A stretch of DNA of 64,000 nt from Monocercomonoides exilis PA203 (lineage: Eukaryota; Protista; Preaxostyla): NCBI GenBank assembly GCA_001643675.2, contig LSRY02000036.1:992001-1056000 (forward strand), in the 5' to 3' direction. The position numbers and the translations under genes are program-made. The notes beneath the pieces were generated by a model, which was not told where the DNA came from, ran no database searches, and saw only the letters and a program-made list of their open reading frames with translations. Below, piece after piece: positions 33,344 to 46,099 of the stretch (position 1 is its first letter; the number at the start of each line of letters is the position of its first letter).

Positions 33344-36300
33344 TTAGAAATGAAAGTTGTCATCTGCATACCATTTATTCCAGAAATCTGATGTCAGTTC
33401 CCTGCTAAATCCAACAGAATAAAGATCTTTGGATAGTTGCGGTGTTTGCTCAGATTTACAAAGGAAAGCTATCAAGGTTTGTGAAGCTATCACTTGATAT
33501 CTGCACCCATCTTCATATTTGTATGGATAATCAATTTGTCGATCGTTCTTGTTTGCATGCACCCAGAGACAGTCACTTATCTGTGGAGGCAGTGAGCAAG
33601 CAGATGGCGAATCGAAGGAAGTCAACGGGACATAAAGGAGAGGAGAGTGAATCTCGTTTGAAATAAAACATCTTGCAAAATCAGATCGGCCGAAGAGAAT
33701 TTCGAAACAGGCTCGGAAGATTGTCTTATCTGGCAAAAAGGAGTCGTCTCTTGCTTCACTGCTCACAATGTGAATTAGCAAACGAAATGCTGCATAAAGG
33801 ATCTCGTTTTCGCATCCTGCAAATGCATAGCAGGAAGGGAAAATCGAGCAAGAGGGAACTGAAGAAGGCATTGCATCATCCGCTTTTAAATAATAAGTAC
33901 CTCCTTCGAAAACTGTGGACGCCTTCTTCATTTTCTGCTGGTAATTGTAAATTTCTGTGATGATGTTAGATGCTCGCTTAGCAGCTGAATGCAAGTTATC
34001 CATTCCGGCTGCACGAAAGCCAAAAGCTGAAACTGTAAAGCCGTCCATCGCATACAATGCACACAGCACGATTCGTGGGTGTGGGAACGAAGAAAGCTCA
34101 AGTGCTCTGGAAAATGTAGCACGCGAATAAAGTGGCCGCATTCTGAAATCGATTTCATATTTCTCTCCAAAAATTGACATGGCAGTTAATCCACTTTCAA
34201 CTTTGACCAAAGGATCAACAGGAATTGACAGCTCAACTGAGTTTATAATATTATCCATATAAGCTTTTTCTTCGTCTTCTTCTTCACATTCAGAAGAAGC
34301 ACAGACTTCTTTGAACAAAGTACTTCCTTGTTTAATCTTCTGATCCCCATTTGAACTGCTGCCTGCCTGTACACTTGAGAATTGATCTCTTTGAAGATAA
34401 CTTTGATTAGCAGATGTTTGCGGAATGTTGAAGCCAGCTTCTCTTTTAAGGTCTTCCATACGTCTCATTTCATTCTTAAGTTCTTCAAAAATAACACTGC
34501 TATTTTCTTTCACGTCGAATTTGCTCCAGTCTTCTTCTGAGTCAGTAGCTGATGCAGATGATGATGATGATGCCTCTATGTTGCTTACTGTGTCTTGCTT
34601 CTTCAGCTCTTCCAGCTTTTGTTCGAATGCTATCTTCCACACATCTGCATCTCCGTCAAATAGCATTGAAATGCATGACTGAACAATTGGATGTGTTTCA
34701 GAGGGATAAATCGCCACAGATGGTTCAGAGTGCATTGAATCTGGATTGTTGGAACAACTCCTATATGTGTAAATATATTGGTAATAAAAATATTTTTCGT
34801 CACACATGCAACACTCCTTCATTCTGGCTTTCCGTTTCTCGCCCCTCTCCTGCTCTGTCCATTCAAATGGGTATCTTCCGCACAGAAGTAAAGACAGCAC
34901 TCCAGCCACATCAGCAACACTATCATCCACAGCAGAAGCTGCCAACTTGCACAAAAATGAGCTAAATGTTTTCAGAGGGCTGTCGAATTTCTGCAGAATT
35001 CGAAAAGTCTTTTTATCTTCAAATGTTCTGAAATAAGGATTATTAAACATTTCGCAAAACTTAATTGGTTCAGAAGCATAACGCATCAGGAGATAAATGG
35101 AAGGCATAAGATATGGTTCCATCTTTGTAATTTCTTTGGTTGTTGCGGGCGACGACGAAGACAACGAGTGGGAATGCAAAGTACTAAGATTTATCAGCGT
35201 CTCAACAAACGGTGTTGTCAGCTGCACAATCCAGAATGCTTCTCTCCAACGGACACACTCAGCAACCACAGCCAAGCAAGGCATAATCAACTCCTCTGGC
35301 ACTTGTGGAATGGCAAGCACCAGGTCAGAAGCAATCCCCATCCGCGCCACTTTCAGCGCTGCCTCCTTTCGCCCTCTCACAAACCACCAGAGCACTCTCA
35401 GCAGATCTTTCAAGAAGCAGCTGCTGGGCAGCAATGCTTTCGAGGGCTTTGACAAACGCTGCTTGGCGATGCGGAAAATGATGGAGAGAAAAGGCGAATG
35501 GAAGAGAAAAGAGCAGATGGCCTGGTGGGCATACATGCTGCGTGAGTGGCGGAACAGCCACAGAAGAAGATTCAGACCTGACTGCGCTGTTTGTGGTTCA
35601 CTGAATATCAAAGAAAGTTGAAAGAAAAGTGAACAAAAAATGAATAGAATTTAAAATATTCAACAAAGAGAAGAAGAAAATAGAAAGAGTATTAAAATGA
35701 AGACAAGGCAAGCCTCAACAACAAAACAGCATTTGTCACTTCTTCTGAAAGTGACCAACTTTCTTTCAACGATTTTGGCAAAGGCTTTTTAACTTCTCCT
35801 TCTTTTTCTTTTTCTTTTGTTTCCTTTTCTTTGCCTGCTTTTTTGTTCATTTCATTATTCTGACTATAAACAGTGATCCAATCTATTATCTTTTGTGCTT
35901 TTCTTCTTATCTCTGCATTCTTCATTGTCAAAGCAAATCCTAAAAATGACTGCAGACATTTAAACACATTGACATCTATTTCTTTCTTATATTTTTGGTT
36001 TTCTTTGAAATTTTCTTTTTCTTTTTCTTTTTCTTTTTCTTCTGTCTGATCATTCAACGTTTCATCTGTTTGATCCTTTTTCTCTTTTGTCTCTTCTTCC
36101 TTTAACTCAGTTTCTTCTTTTGCTTCACTTTCTTTCGCTTCTTTTTCATCCTTTTCGTCTCTTTCATCCAATCCAACATCGTCTTCAGGGAGAAATCTTT
36201 CAATTGTATTCAAACAAGTCTCACAAAACAAATAAAACTGAGCATAGTTCTTTTTCCATTCTTCTTCCTTTTCTTCTTCTTCTTTCATTGTGTCTTGTAT

Positions 36301-36496
36301 TAAGGCTTCTATCCTTTTCTTTGAGCCATCACGATCGTTGTCTATCTTTTCCTTGTTTCTCCTTCTTTTCGTTTTCCTTTTCGTTTTCGTTTTCAATGCA
36401 ACTGCATCATTAGACTCAAACGTATCAGCTCGAACGGCTTTTGCTATCTGTGGATTATCTTCATAAATGTCATTATCATCCATAACATCGCTTTCT

Positions 36497-36528
<32 letters not shown>

Positions 36529-38159
36529 GTCTTCGTCTTCGTCTTTATCTTCTTCTTCATAATAATCGTCTTCTTCTTCTTCTTTTCTCTTTTTCCTTTC
36601 AATTTTCTTATAACTGGAAGAAGAAGAAGATGATGAGGAGGACTCAAACAAAGAAAATGCTTTTGATTCACCTTTTTGCTTATTTGAATTTTGTGATGAA
36701 GTCTTTGGTAAATCTTTTTTATTGTTTGAAGACGAGACAGACGAGGCTGAGGCAGAAGCAGAAGCAGAAGCAGAAGCAGAAGCAGTGCATTTCGGAGGAG
36801 GTGATTTGGATGCTGCTTTTCTGACTGAAGAAAAAGAAGAAGACGACGAAGACGAAGTCTTTGCAGAAGTAGGCGGAGACAAGCTGACTCCTCTTTTATT
36901 CGATGCAACAGGCGGAGGTGATTGAGATTTTGATGTTTTGTCATCTTTTCCTTTGCCTTTGCCATTCTCTTTGTTTTGCTTTTGCTTTTGCTGTGCTGGT
37001 GGAGGTGAGACAGAATGCTCCTTCTTTTCGTCTTTGATTGCATTTGCAGTGTTCTCTTGACTTTTCCCTTTCTGTCCAGTTTCTTCTGGCTTTTTCTGGT
37101 TGATGCTTGGTAAATCCACTTTTTGTGCTTTCTGCTGTTTTGAAGGCATTTCTTGTGGATTTCCTGACAAAACCATAACAGACGCTGAGGCAGAGGCAGA
37201 CGGAGAAACCTGAGGAGACGTAAGAAGAGATGCATGCGGTGATGTTGCAGATGCAATTAGAGATACTTTTGGAGGTGGAGAGCGAGATTTTGAAGAGCTT
37301 TTGAATGAACGTGAGGCAAATGAGCTTTGATCTGGTGGCGGAGATCTTCCCCTCCTTCTCTGCTGCGTCCTTATTTCTTCTTCAAAATAATGCGTTCGCT
37401 TCATCTCTTTCTCTATGCGTCTTGCAAGTCTTTCGAAAAACCCAATTTGAATCACTCCTGGAATAAATCTTGGGATTGATTCAATTAACACACTTAATTA
37501 ACAAAGAAATTTGTAAGTCTTAATTTTATTTCCAATGCAAAAGAATCATACCCAATCCCACGTATTCCCTCAATTGCACAAATGGGATTGTCAAACTGCA
37601 GTTAATACCAAAAAAATGCAAAAAGGACTTTCATTTCATGAATAATTAAATAAAACAAAACAAACATCAATAAGAGCATTGAAAATGAATGCAACTGCTT
37701 TTGGCTTAAGAGGCAATGAGTTTGGACAAAAGAGTCGAATAAGGTCCACTAAAATTTTAATTGATGCATTCTTGAAATAAATAATAACAAAAAACATCTA
37801 AAGGAAAAAAGTTGGAAAAATTACCGAAAGTTCTTTGTTCTCTCGTGAAAACGTTGAATCAACAAGAAATCGAATAAATGAGCTGTTTAAAAGATCTGGA
37901 AGCCGCCATAACGGATCTGAAATTTCAAAACGAAGTTTTCAATCAAAATCCATTTTATCGTTACCAAGATAATAAAAAAAGATCGAACCTTCTGAAACAA
38001 TTTTATGAATCGTTTGAAGATATTCCCAATATGGATATAATTCTTCTCTTGAAATATCATCCAATCTGCAAATTTCTTTCGGCAACTTTAAAATAATAAT
38101 AATAATAAACACCATATTGATGAATATAACTCTTTAGCACATACCCATGATAGCGACAT
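33344..38159 (-). CDS. Large multi-exon hypothetical protein: helical/ARM-like segments around a K/S/E-rich disordered region
   Basis: Long ORFs 35692-37491 and 33344-35611, plus short 5' exons traced by GT..AG sites up to ATG TCG CTA TCA TGG|gtatgt at 38159. Confidence 0.65.
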
Positions 38160-38651
38160 CTATTTTTAAATGTGGCAATCGAAATAAATAAATATTTATT
38201 TATTTAATAATTTTTTTCTGAAAATGAATACCCATATTATTCTTTTCAAAAACAGTTTTTCGTTTCGGATTTAAAGTTGTCTCAGGCCGTATAAATTTTG
38301 TGAAATCAATAAACTGATACTATTTTCGGTAAAAGGCAACATACAATGTTAACGAAATGACTTGCAGTTTTTGTGCATGAGATATTTTGGTTTCGTTTTT
38401 GGTGTTGCGGCTATTGAATTGCGATGCGAAATAAGCTCATTTGAACGAAATGGCTTCAGCCTGTTGCTTAAGGAAAAAGTTTTAGCCTCTTGTTTCTGTG
38501 TGTGAGCTGCACTTCATACTTGCAATTGCAAAATTTAAATTTTTTTTAATAAAAAACACAAATAAAATTTATAAATAATGAACAGATAATAAATTCGTGT
38601 TCATCAAAACAAAAATAAAATTCGATCAAATACATAATAAACAAAAATTTG

Positions 38652-40226
38652 ATGGGATTGGATATTTCTGTTCCAGTTTCCGAAGACGAAAAAAAAATAA
38701 CTCTAACAGATGCAGAAATATTGAAGTTATATGGAATTGAAGATTTGTCGCTTTCGTTGGCAAAACAAAAATTTATTGTGGATTATTTGAGACATTCTGC
38801 AAAATCTCTTATTCATCTTGTTTCTACAAAATCAACCGATACCATTTCTGAAGCTGTAAGCAAATATTTTGAGTCATCGTTGGAGCAGGCGGATGATTAT
38901 GCTCGAGGGCTTGACGATAAGTTGCGTATGAAAATGAAGAATTGTTTTATGCGTCATTAAAAATGTTTACAAAAAATATATTATTTATCTTTATTGTTCA
39001 ATTGTTAATTCATACAAGGCGGAATCCAACAGGAAACAAATTTTGCTTCACTTGCCAAAAGATCAGATTTGAAAAACATGGAACAAAGATTAAAAAAATA
39101 TTCAATCAAGGTCTTTACTCGAAAGGGATTTATCCATTTTTATTTTTAGTAACACTTTTCTTTCCTTTTTTTGTAAACAAGAAAATTGAAGAAGTCCAAG
39201 AACAATTGAGCCAACTTACAATCGCTGTGAACGAACCATGGGATTTCAAGGAAACAGTTTGACATCCGCAACAAACTTATGTTGAAACATTTAACATTTT
39301 GAATTATTTACATCCTTTTTAAAATGTTTCTTTTTCTTTTTCCTTTCTTTCTTTCTTTTTTTTTTAAATCACGTCTTATCAAGGAAAGCGAAAATGAAGA
39401 TGATAACGAAGAAAGTGAAAAAGATGTAGATGGAAAAATAAAGGATAAAGAAGAATTAAAAGCTAAAGCAGATAAAAAAACTGACAGCTACAGCGAAGAA
39501 GAAACGACTTCATTGAGAATAAAGGAAAAGACTGAGAAGAAAGAACAGAGCAGTAAAGATGATACGAACTCAGAATCCTCAACCGATTCAAGTGACGCTG
39601 AGAAGTTCAGTGACGAAGATTCCTCTTCTTCAATACATTCTACGGATTCATCATCAGACGTAAAGCCAACTTCAAAGAAGAAGAAAGGAAAAAATGGAAC
39701 ATTTTTCCTTCCAAGCCCTTTGCCAAACATACAATTGGTTAAAAACACGGCTAGGTGGAATTCTGCTTCGCCTGCAACAATTCCTATTAACCCTCTTATT
39801 AAGTCTGGTATTTGGAAGTGCAAAGTTAAACTCGAAAACACATCATGTTGCACTTTTATCACAGGGATATGCTTGATGAAGTATCCATTGACATACAGCC
39901 TAACTGTTGTGCCAGGAGATGACAATCAAATAGCAATTTTCGAAACATTGGGAAAGTTGCGCCTGAATGGAAAAAATTTGCAATCACTTCCAATCACACC
40001 AGACAACACTTCAATTTCAACAATAGTGGACATGAAGAAAAAGCGAGCATATTTCTACGCAAACGGTGTTCTTTCGCCAGCGTATCTGGACAAACTTCCG
40101 AAAGAGTTGTACATCGGAGTTCGAGGATATGCATCAAATGGAATACAAACGGTCAAAACTATGAAGAAAATATCGAAAGTTGGTATTAACTCGAAAAAAC
40201 TTAAGGAAAAGATTAGTTGGTGTTAA
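38652..40226 (+). CDS. 4-exon protein with coiled-coil/acidic middle and C-terminal SPRY/B30.2-like domain
   Basis: Three phase-consistent introns. C-terminal IKSGIWKCKVKL..ITGIC..ISTIVDMKKKRAYFYANG..LPKELYIGV pattern. N-terminus MGLDIS. Confidence 0.7.
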
Positions 40227-40676
40227 AAAACTATGATATTTCATGTTAAATGCAACATTTAAATAGCTTTGAAAAGATTTTCTCAATGGAAAATTGTACA
40301 TAATCACAAAAGCATCTACAGGTCTTTTTGCAGAATTATGCATTTGCTGTTTATTTTCTGTTTATCTCTTTATCAATGATATCTTGCAGTTCAGAATTAA
40401 AGTAATTAAGTTTAAGATTTTGAGATGAATTTTGTTGGATTTTGAAGAGCGCTTCGGACGTGAAATGCTGGAGTGATGAGACATTTTCTTTAAAAATTTA
40501 TTTTTCTGCTCATTGCGTTTTGCTTTTCAATTCTTTTATATTTTAGTAATTCGAATTTTTTGGATAAATAAACTTTGAATATCTTCCTTCCTTCTTTTTT
40601 CCATTGAAATTAACAGATACCCTTTTATGAGCGTGCTATTCTGTTTTGAAAACTTTCGAATGCAGAAAAATGGGGT

Positions 40677-40910
40677 AAAATTTTTGCTATTGTGAAAAAA
40701 AACTGAGATTTATTTCAAACTTTTTCAGTCATCATATCATTTTAAATCAACCGTAACAATGCATAAAATTACAAAAAAATTCAAAAATTGAGAAATTTAT
40801 TTAGAAAATATTGAATGGAATAAAATTCATAAAGCAAAATCCATTTCCCCAAATTAAAGAAGCAACTATTTTTTCAAATAATGGACTTTTATGAACGTAC
40901 TTTCAAAATG
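40677..40910 (+). promoter_or_regulatory. Orphan copy of the upstream (putative promoter/5'UTR) region of the 55691-58186 surface-protein gene
   Basis: Colinear similarity to the reverse complement of 58184-58427 (AAAATTTTTGC..GAAAAAAACTGAGATTT..ATCAACnGTAACAAT..AATATTGnnTGGAAnAAAATTCA), ending at the equivalent ATG. Confidence 0.6.
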
Positions 40911-41270
40911 TTATGCACAGGAAATTTCGTATGAAGAAAGCACCTCTTACAAATGTGAGGTTAACAACAACAACAACATAAAAAGAAAGAAAGAAAGAAA
41001 AAGAAAAGAAACAAAATCCTTTCAAAAAAATAAAATAAAATAAAATAAAAATAAAAGAGTAATATGTTAGTTTGCAATTTCTTTTTCTTTTTGATATCCA
41101 TAACAAACCATTCGTAAAACACCAACAAAGACTCAACTTATAATATCACAATGGTAATATTACAGAAAATCAAATGCTTCATTTTAACAAAATTGCTAGA
41201 AATATAATCCATAATTATATTATAAGTCTTAGATAAAAGCAGCTGACCAAACTACCAATTGATAATGAAT

Positions 41271-43148
41271 TCAACCGTTTTGACTTTCCATGCTCAGCAA
41301 AACGACAGCATCCTTCAACACAAACACAAGTGAAGAGCAAAGAACAACTGAAGCAATGGATAAAATTATAATTTCTGCCATCTTTCGAAGCCAGAAAATG
41401 TTGCGCCATCCAAGACGTAGATGCATTAAAAGAGGAAGAACAAGTAAAATAAAACCCCTAACGCTGCATCCAGCTATCGATATAAAATAACAAAAATGAC
41501 GTCGAAATGGAGTAAGAGAAGGAATGGCAGCAGCGGATACAAGAGAAACGCGAAGAAGTAAAATAACAATCCAGTATGCAGCTTTAGATTTTTTGTGCAC
41601 ATATCTAACACATTTATACTCTTCAATTGCTTCACTAACAGCGAAAAGCTTAAGATAAAGCTCAACAAATCCAATAACAGCCACAAGACAGCAAACGGAA
41701 AGTCGTAAATAGGATGTTCCGGATCCAGAGTTGACAAAAACAAATTCATCAATTGGGATTTCAAGGAATAAAGAAGTTAGAAGGCCAAAGCAACAGAAAA
41801 GAAGAAAAGACAAAAATAAAACAAAGCATAAAACTGACATAAAAAACGATGGTCTGGCCATGCTGTTCTGAATAGGAAGAACCTGAGGAGGAATTTTGAT
41901 AAGAAAATTTGAGTTTAAACAAAAATAAAATCCAAAATTTAGATTATATTATCGAAGCAAAAAAGACCAGCGAACCAATCCGGCTCCTTCAAAAGAAAAA
42001 AGTGATACTCCTAATAGGAATGGTAAATTATTCCACAAAAAAGGGTTGTGGTTGCTTGCGGGTGAACCAACAAGAAGAATGTTTCTGATTGAAAATTCGA
42101 AATATGAAATAATTAAAAAAAGTTATCAATTAAGCCTAAAAGGAGTGAATAATAATTAATACAAACGCAATGATTAAAACGATAACACATATGATTAAAA
42201 TATTTGAAAAGACAGTCATGAAAGATATTAACCTTATGGATCTAAATATTTTGTGTTTGAAATAAAATAGAATTGTTTGAAATAATCACAAATTGCATTT
42301 CACATGTAATGAATAGAATTTCAAGCAAAGAATTATTATAAAACTTCAGAAAAATAAATGCAAATGTTTATTTTTTTTTTTCAATTTGATTTCAAAAAAT
42401 CTATTGTAATTGTGAATCAATCACTCATACCTGATAAATAATACAAGGAACAACATAATAAACACAATAAGAACAAAAATTTGTTGTATTACAGTTGGTG
42501 CCATTGATTCCAATGTGCAAGTTGATATCATAAAACATGCAACACAATTGCATAATTCAGATAGAACCATTAAGCATTCAATAAGAACACTAAAATAACG
42601 GCCGAAGCATTCTTTGCTAATGCCAACAAGAGTCTTCATGTTTTGAGGTCTGCAATAATTCTTAAAAATATTTTAAGCAAAAATTTAGCATTAAATTTTT
42701 TTTATAAAATGATAATTGTATTTATATTTTCCACACTTTACATTCTATAAGAACGAACATCGAAAATGTCGTAAAAGCACCTATTGCTAGTAATATGATC
42801 AATGACAGTGCCCATCCACAAGTTGTAAAAGCGAAAGGAAGAGCAAAAACGCTTGGTCCAACAAATGAATTGAAAGTTGTCATAATTGCTTCGGGAATAC
42901 TTGATAATTTAGAAATTTCTACATCCAACAAGCTGCTCAATGATGCAATTGAATGAAATTTAACTATGCTACTTTGAAATGAAATTGGTGAATGAGTATG
43001 GCGCAAAAGAGATTGGACTTCTTCTGACGATGTCCCTCCAACTTCATGAGTCAAATTGTTATCCGCGTCATCCTAAAATAGTTTTATTTTCAATTATTGA
43101 ATTTTTTCAAGTGCATTTAAATCGAAAACGAATTAACCATTTATCCAT
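41271..43148 (-). CDS. Amino acid transporter (Aa_trans/AAAP; SLC36/AVT-like), multi-exon
   Basis: TM1-2 motif FNSFVGPSVFALPFAFTTCGW, later FSFEGAG on the minus strand near 41980, and multiple TM segments in ORFs 42722-43054, 42421-42639 and 41271-41861. Confidence 0.85.
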
Positions 43149-43649
43149 ATTATCTTAAGGGAATAATTATATTATACATAATAATATTATCAAAACAAGG
43201 AGAATTTATCAAAAGTTAAAATATATTACAAAGATATTGCTGTTAATTTTTTATTCTATTTGAAAATGTATTTCATATTTTTGTCGAACAAAAGAATAAT
43301 TAACCAAAATAATTTCATTAAAAAAAATAGAATAATTATTTGCATATCAAATTCATTATTAACATAATTTAATGAAATACACACAATATGCTTGAGCTTG
43401 TGAATTTCTGATTTGCTTTCAGGAATATTCATTTCTCGATTTTTTCCTCTTTTAACAATCAGGCTGATTGCATCAAAAGTCGAGAAATTCAAGCTTTTCA
43501 ATTTCTTTCGCTTGAAAAAATGAAAATCAAAACAAGAAATAAAAAAAAAATGAATATTTAAAAGTTTAAAATGGATTTAAAAAATTTGCAAATCTAATCG
43601 GTATTTTCATCATCAAGAGTTGTGTTGTTTGAAAAATCATTATTTTAAC

Positions 43650-43652
43650 AAA

Positions 43653-43698
<46 letters not shown>
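43650..43698 (+). repeat. (AAAT)~12 microsatellite followed by a poly-A tract
   Basis: Read directly from the sequence. Confidence 0.9.
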
Positions 43699-43702
<4 letters not shown>

Positions 43703-44551
43703 GAAATAAAAAAAAAAAAAAAAAAAAAACAGTTTTGAGGCTGGAACAAACACCATGAGACAATATATGATGCAAATATTCTGGTACAAATGCAAACTTT
43801 AATTGTTCTATTTCAGTTTATTGCGAATAGTTCTATCCATATTTTTGAATGTCAATGGAATTTGAGTCATTCATTTGTTAATCAGCTGAAAGAGTTTCAT
43901 TGTGTTTGGCATCTCATTCATTACGTCACTTCATAGCAGATGCATATTATCTCAACACCCTCAGGTTTTGAGACGATTTTTCAATTATCAGTTTTTCAGC
44001 AACCTTCTTTTCATGAACAGAACATCACACGATAAATGCTATTCTTCATTCGCATAATTGGATGGATACAAACCACTTTGAAAATAACTCGATTAAACAT
44101 CATTTCATCATCATCATCTTCTTCTTCTTCTTCTTCCGTTTCTCTTTCTTTTTCTTTTTCTTTAGTCATCATCATATTCTTCTTCTTCTTTCTCTTCATT
44201 TTTTTGCTTTGCTCCGTTTCAAAATTAGAAAAAACTAGCTTTTGAAATGAGATTCAAAAAATGCTTGTTTTCGATTTTGTGAAACGATAAAAATAAAGAT
44301 ATGACACTCATTTGAGGTTTGTCGAATTGTGATATGAAGCTAAAAAAAAATAAATAAAATTTTTGATTTTCAGATTAAATTACATCTCATTTCCTCAAAC
44401 ATTTACAGAACAATCTGAAAAATTATCAAATAATCTTGGAAAAAAAAACCTCATTAATAAAAAAAACATATCCAAAGTTTGTTAAAAATCATTAACCTAT
44501 GAAAAAAAATATTTCATTTTTGAATTACAAAATATATACCATTTCTCTCTG

Positions 44552-45950
44552 TCAGACACTCCAAATATAATCGGAAATATTCAATGACAATACACAAAAA
44601 TATTTTTCTTTGAAAAAATAAACAGTTTCATTGAAAGTTGTGATGGTATCTTCGTATCCTTCTTCTTCCATTTTTTCAAATATCTTCCTTTTGGTTGCCT
44701 TTCTTTTTGCTTCTTCCATTTCATCTTTCTCCTCGTCTTTTAGTCTTTCTGAAATATTCAGAAAGAGTCGCAAGCATTCAATTGTTATTTCGTCATCTAG
44801 TGTTGTTCGCTGAATCTCCTTCAAAACAGCATCAATAGTTCCGCTCTTCAGCAATGCATCAATTTTCACATTTCTTTTATCCGTTATCTTTTCCAATACA
44901 TCAATACTCTGATAGCAAATATCTCTGTAATAATCTTTAGATGCTCGAAATACTCTCACAACGCAGTCAATTAGCTTTGCAAGTTCTTCATTCCACAATT
45001 TGCATGAGGAAAAGTAATCATCAATAACAGTAAGCCATCTATCGATAATATGCACTTCTTTCCCTTCTTTTCCCTCTTCTTTTTTCTCTCTCTTCCAATC
45101 CACGCTTTTTATTAGATCTTCCAATTCGCTTGCTGCTTCTCTCGAAAAATGCAACTCATTCACAATAGTATCTTCCAATCTTTTATAATTGAGTAATCTA
45201 TTCATCATAAATTTCCAAGATGATTGATATGCAAGTGTCGTCAGATTGTGATGCTCCTGATGATATTTGATGATTTCTATGATTTCCTCCAAATACATGT
45301 CTTTTTTGATTATCTAATCAGAAAAAAAAATTGTCAAAATGGAAATAGTTATGCTCATACAGTATATTTATCAATGCAACTTAATGCAAGTAAAGCCATT
45401 TCTACTTCTTTTTGAGTCTTCTCGCCTTCCTCATTCTTTGAGGCAGCTTTAAGAAGAAAAGACACACAAATTGGTATCAGCTCTTCAGAATACTGGATGT
45501 AAAGCAAAAGATAGCATTCGCAAAGATCAGTCAGAAGCTTTTCGTTCTTTTCATCCTTTTTTTTCTCATTCTCATCAACAATCATCTTCTCAAATCTTTT
45601 GCAGAATGATGATTCATCAAAAAAATATATTAAAAATATTTTCGACACGTTGATGAATCCAATATGCTTCAGCAACAAAAGAACATTTCCCCAATGCAAT
45701 TTATTTTCTTCAATCATTTGGTATATTTTATCGAACAGTTCTTCTGTCAAAGCAGAGGTGAATTCATCTTTATCCATCTCTTCCATCGCTTCATTCATTT
45801 CAAGGATTTTCTTTCTCTGATCATCTTCATCGCAATGCTCCAGCTCAGAAAACAATTCTTCAAAAAAAAAGAAAGAAATCCAATCAAAAAGAATTCACGT
45901 GCAATTGCAATTGCAAACCATTGAACTTTTTTGTGCTGTCTGTCTCCTAT
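44552..45950 (-). pseudogene. Lineage-specific helical multigene family, copy 1 (exons 2-3 open; exon 1 appears to carry a TAG)
   Basis: ORFs 45355-45855 and 44552-45298 joined by an intron at about 45316-45360. Family motif EIIKYHQEHHNLTTLAYQS. Could still be expressed from an internal Met. Confidence 0.6.
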
Positions 45951-46099
45951 ATACAGATTTTTCAATTAAAATTGTTCAAGAAAACAATACCATTTTGATA
46001 TTCATATTGAATTTGAATATCATTGGATAGAAGAAGTGAATGAAAAATTAAAACCACAAAAAGATAAATAATATGTGCATTCAAACCGATATTTCTTTT

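Noticed and set aside
37878-38096. Plus-strand 72-aa ORF
   Set aside because: It overlaps the inferred 5' exons of the minus-strand gene starting at 38159.
38280-38530. Slightly GC-richer intergenic stretch as a possible snRNA or snoRNA
   Set aside because: No convincing conserved boxes or stems by eye; an Rfam/Infernal search would be needed.
43440-44345. Possible weak inverted similarity between about 43460-43560 and 44240-44345
   Set aside because: Low identity in very AT-rich DNA; cannot be supported without alignment statistics.
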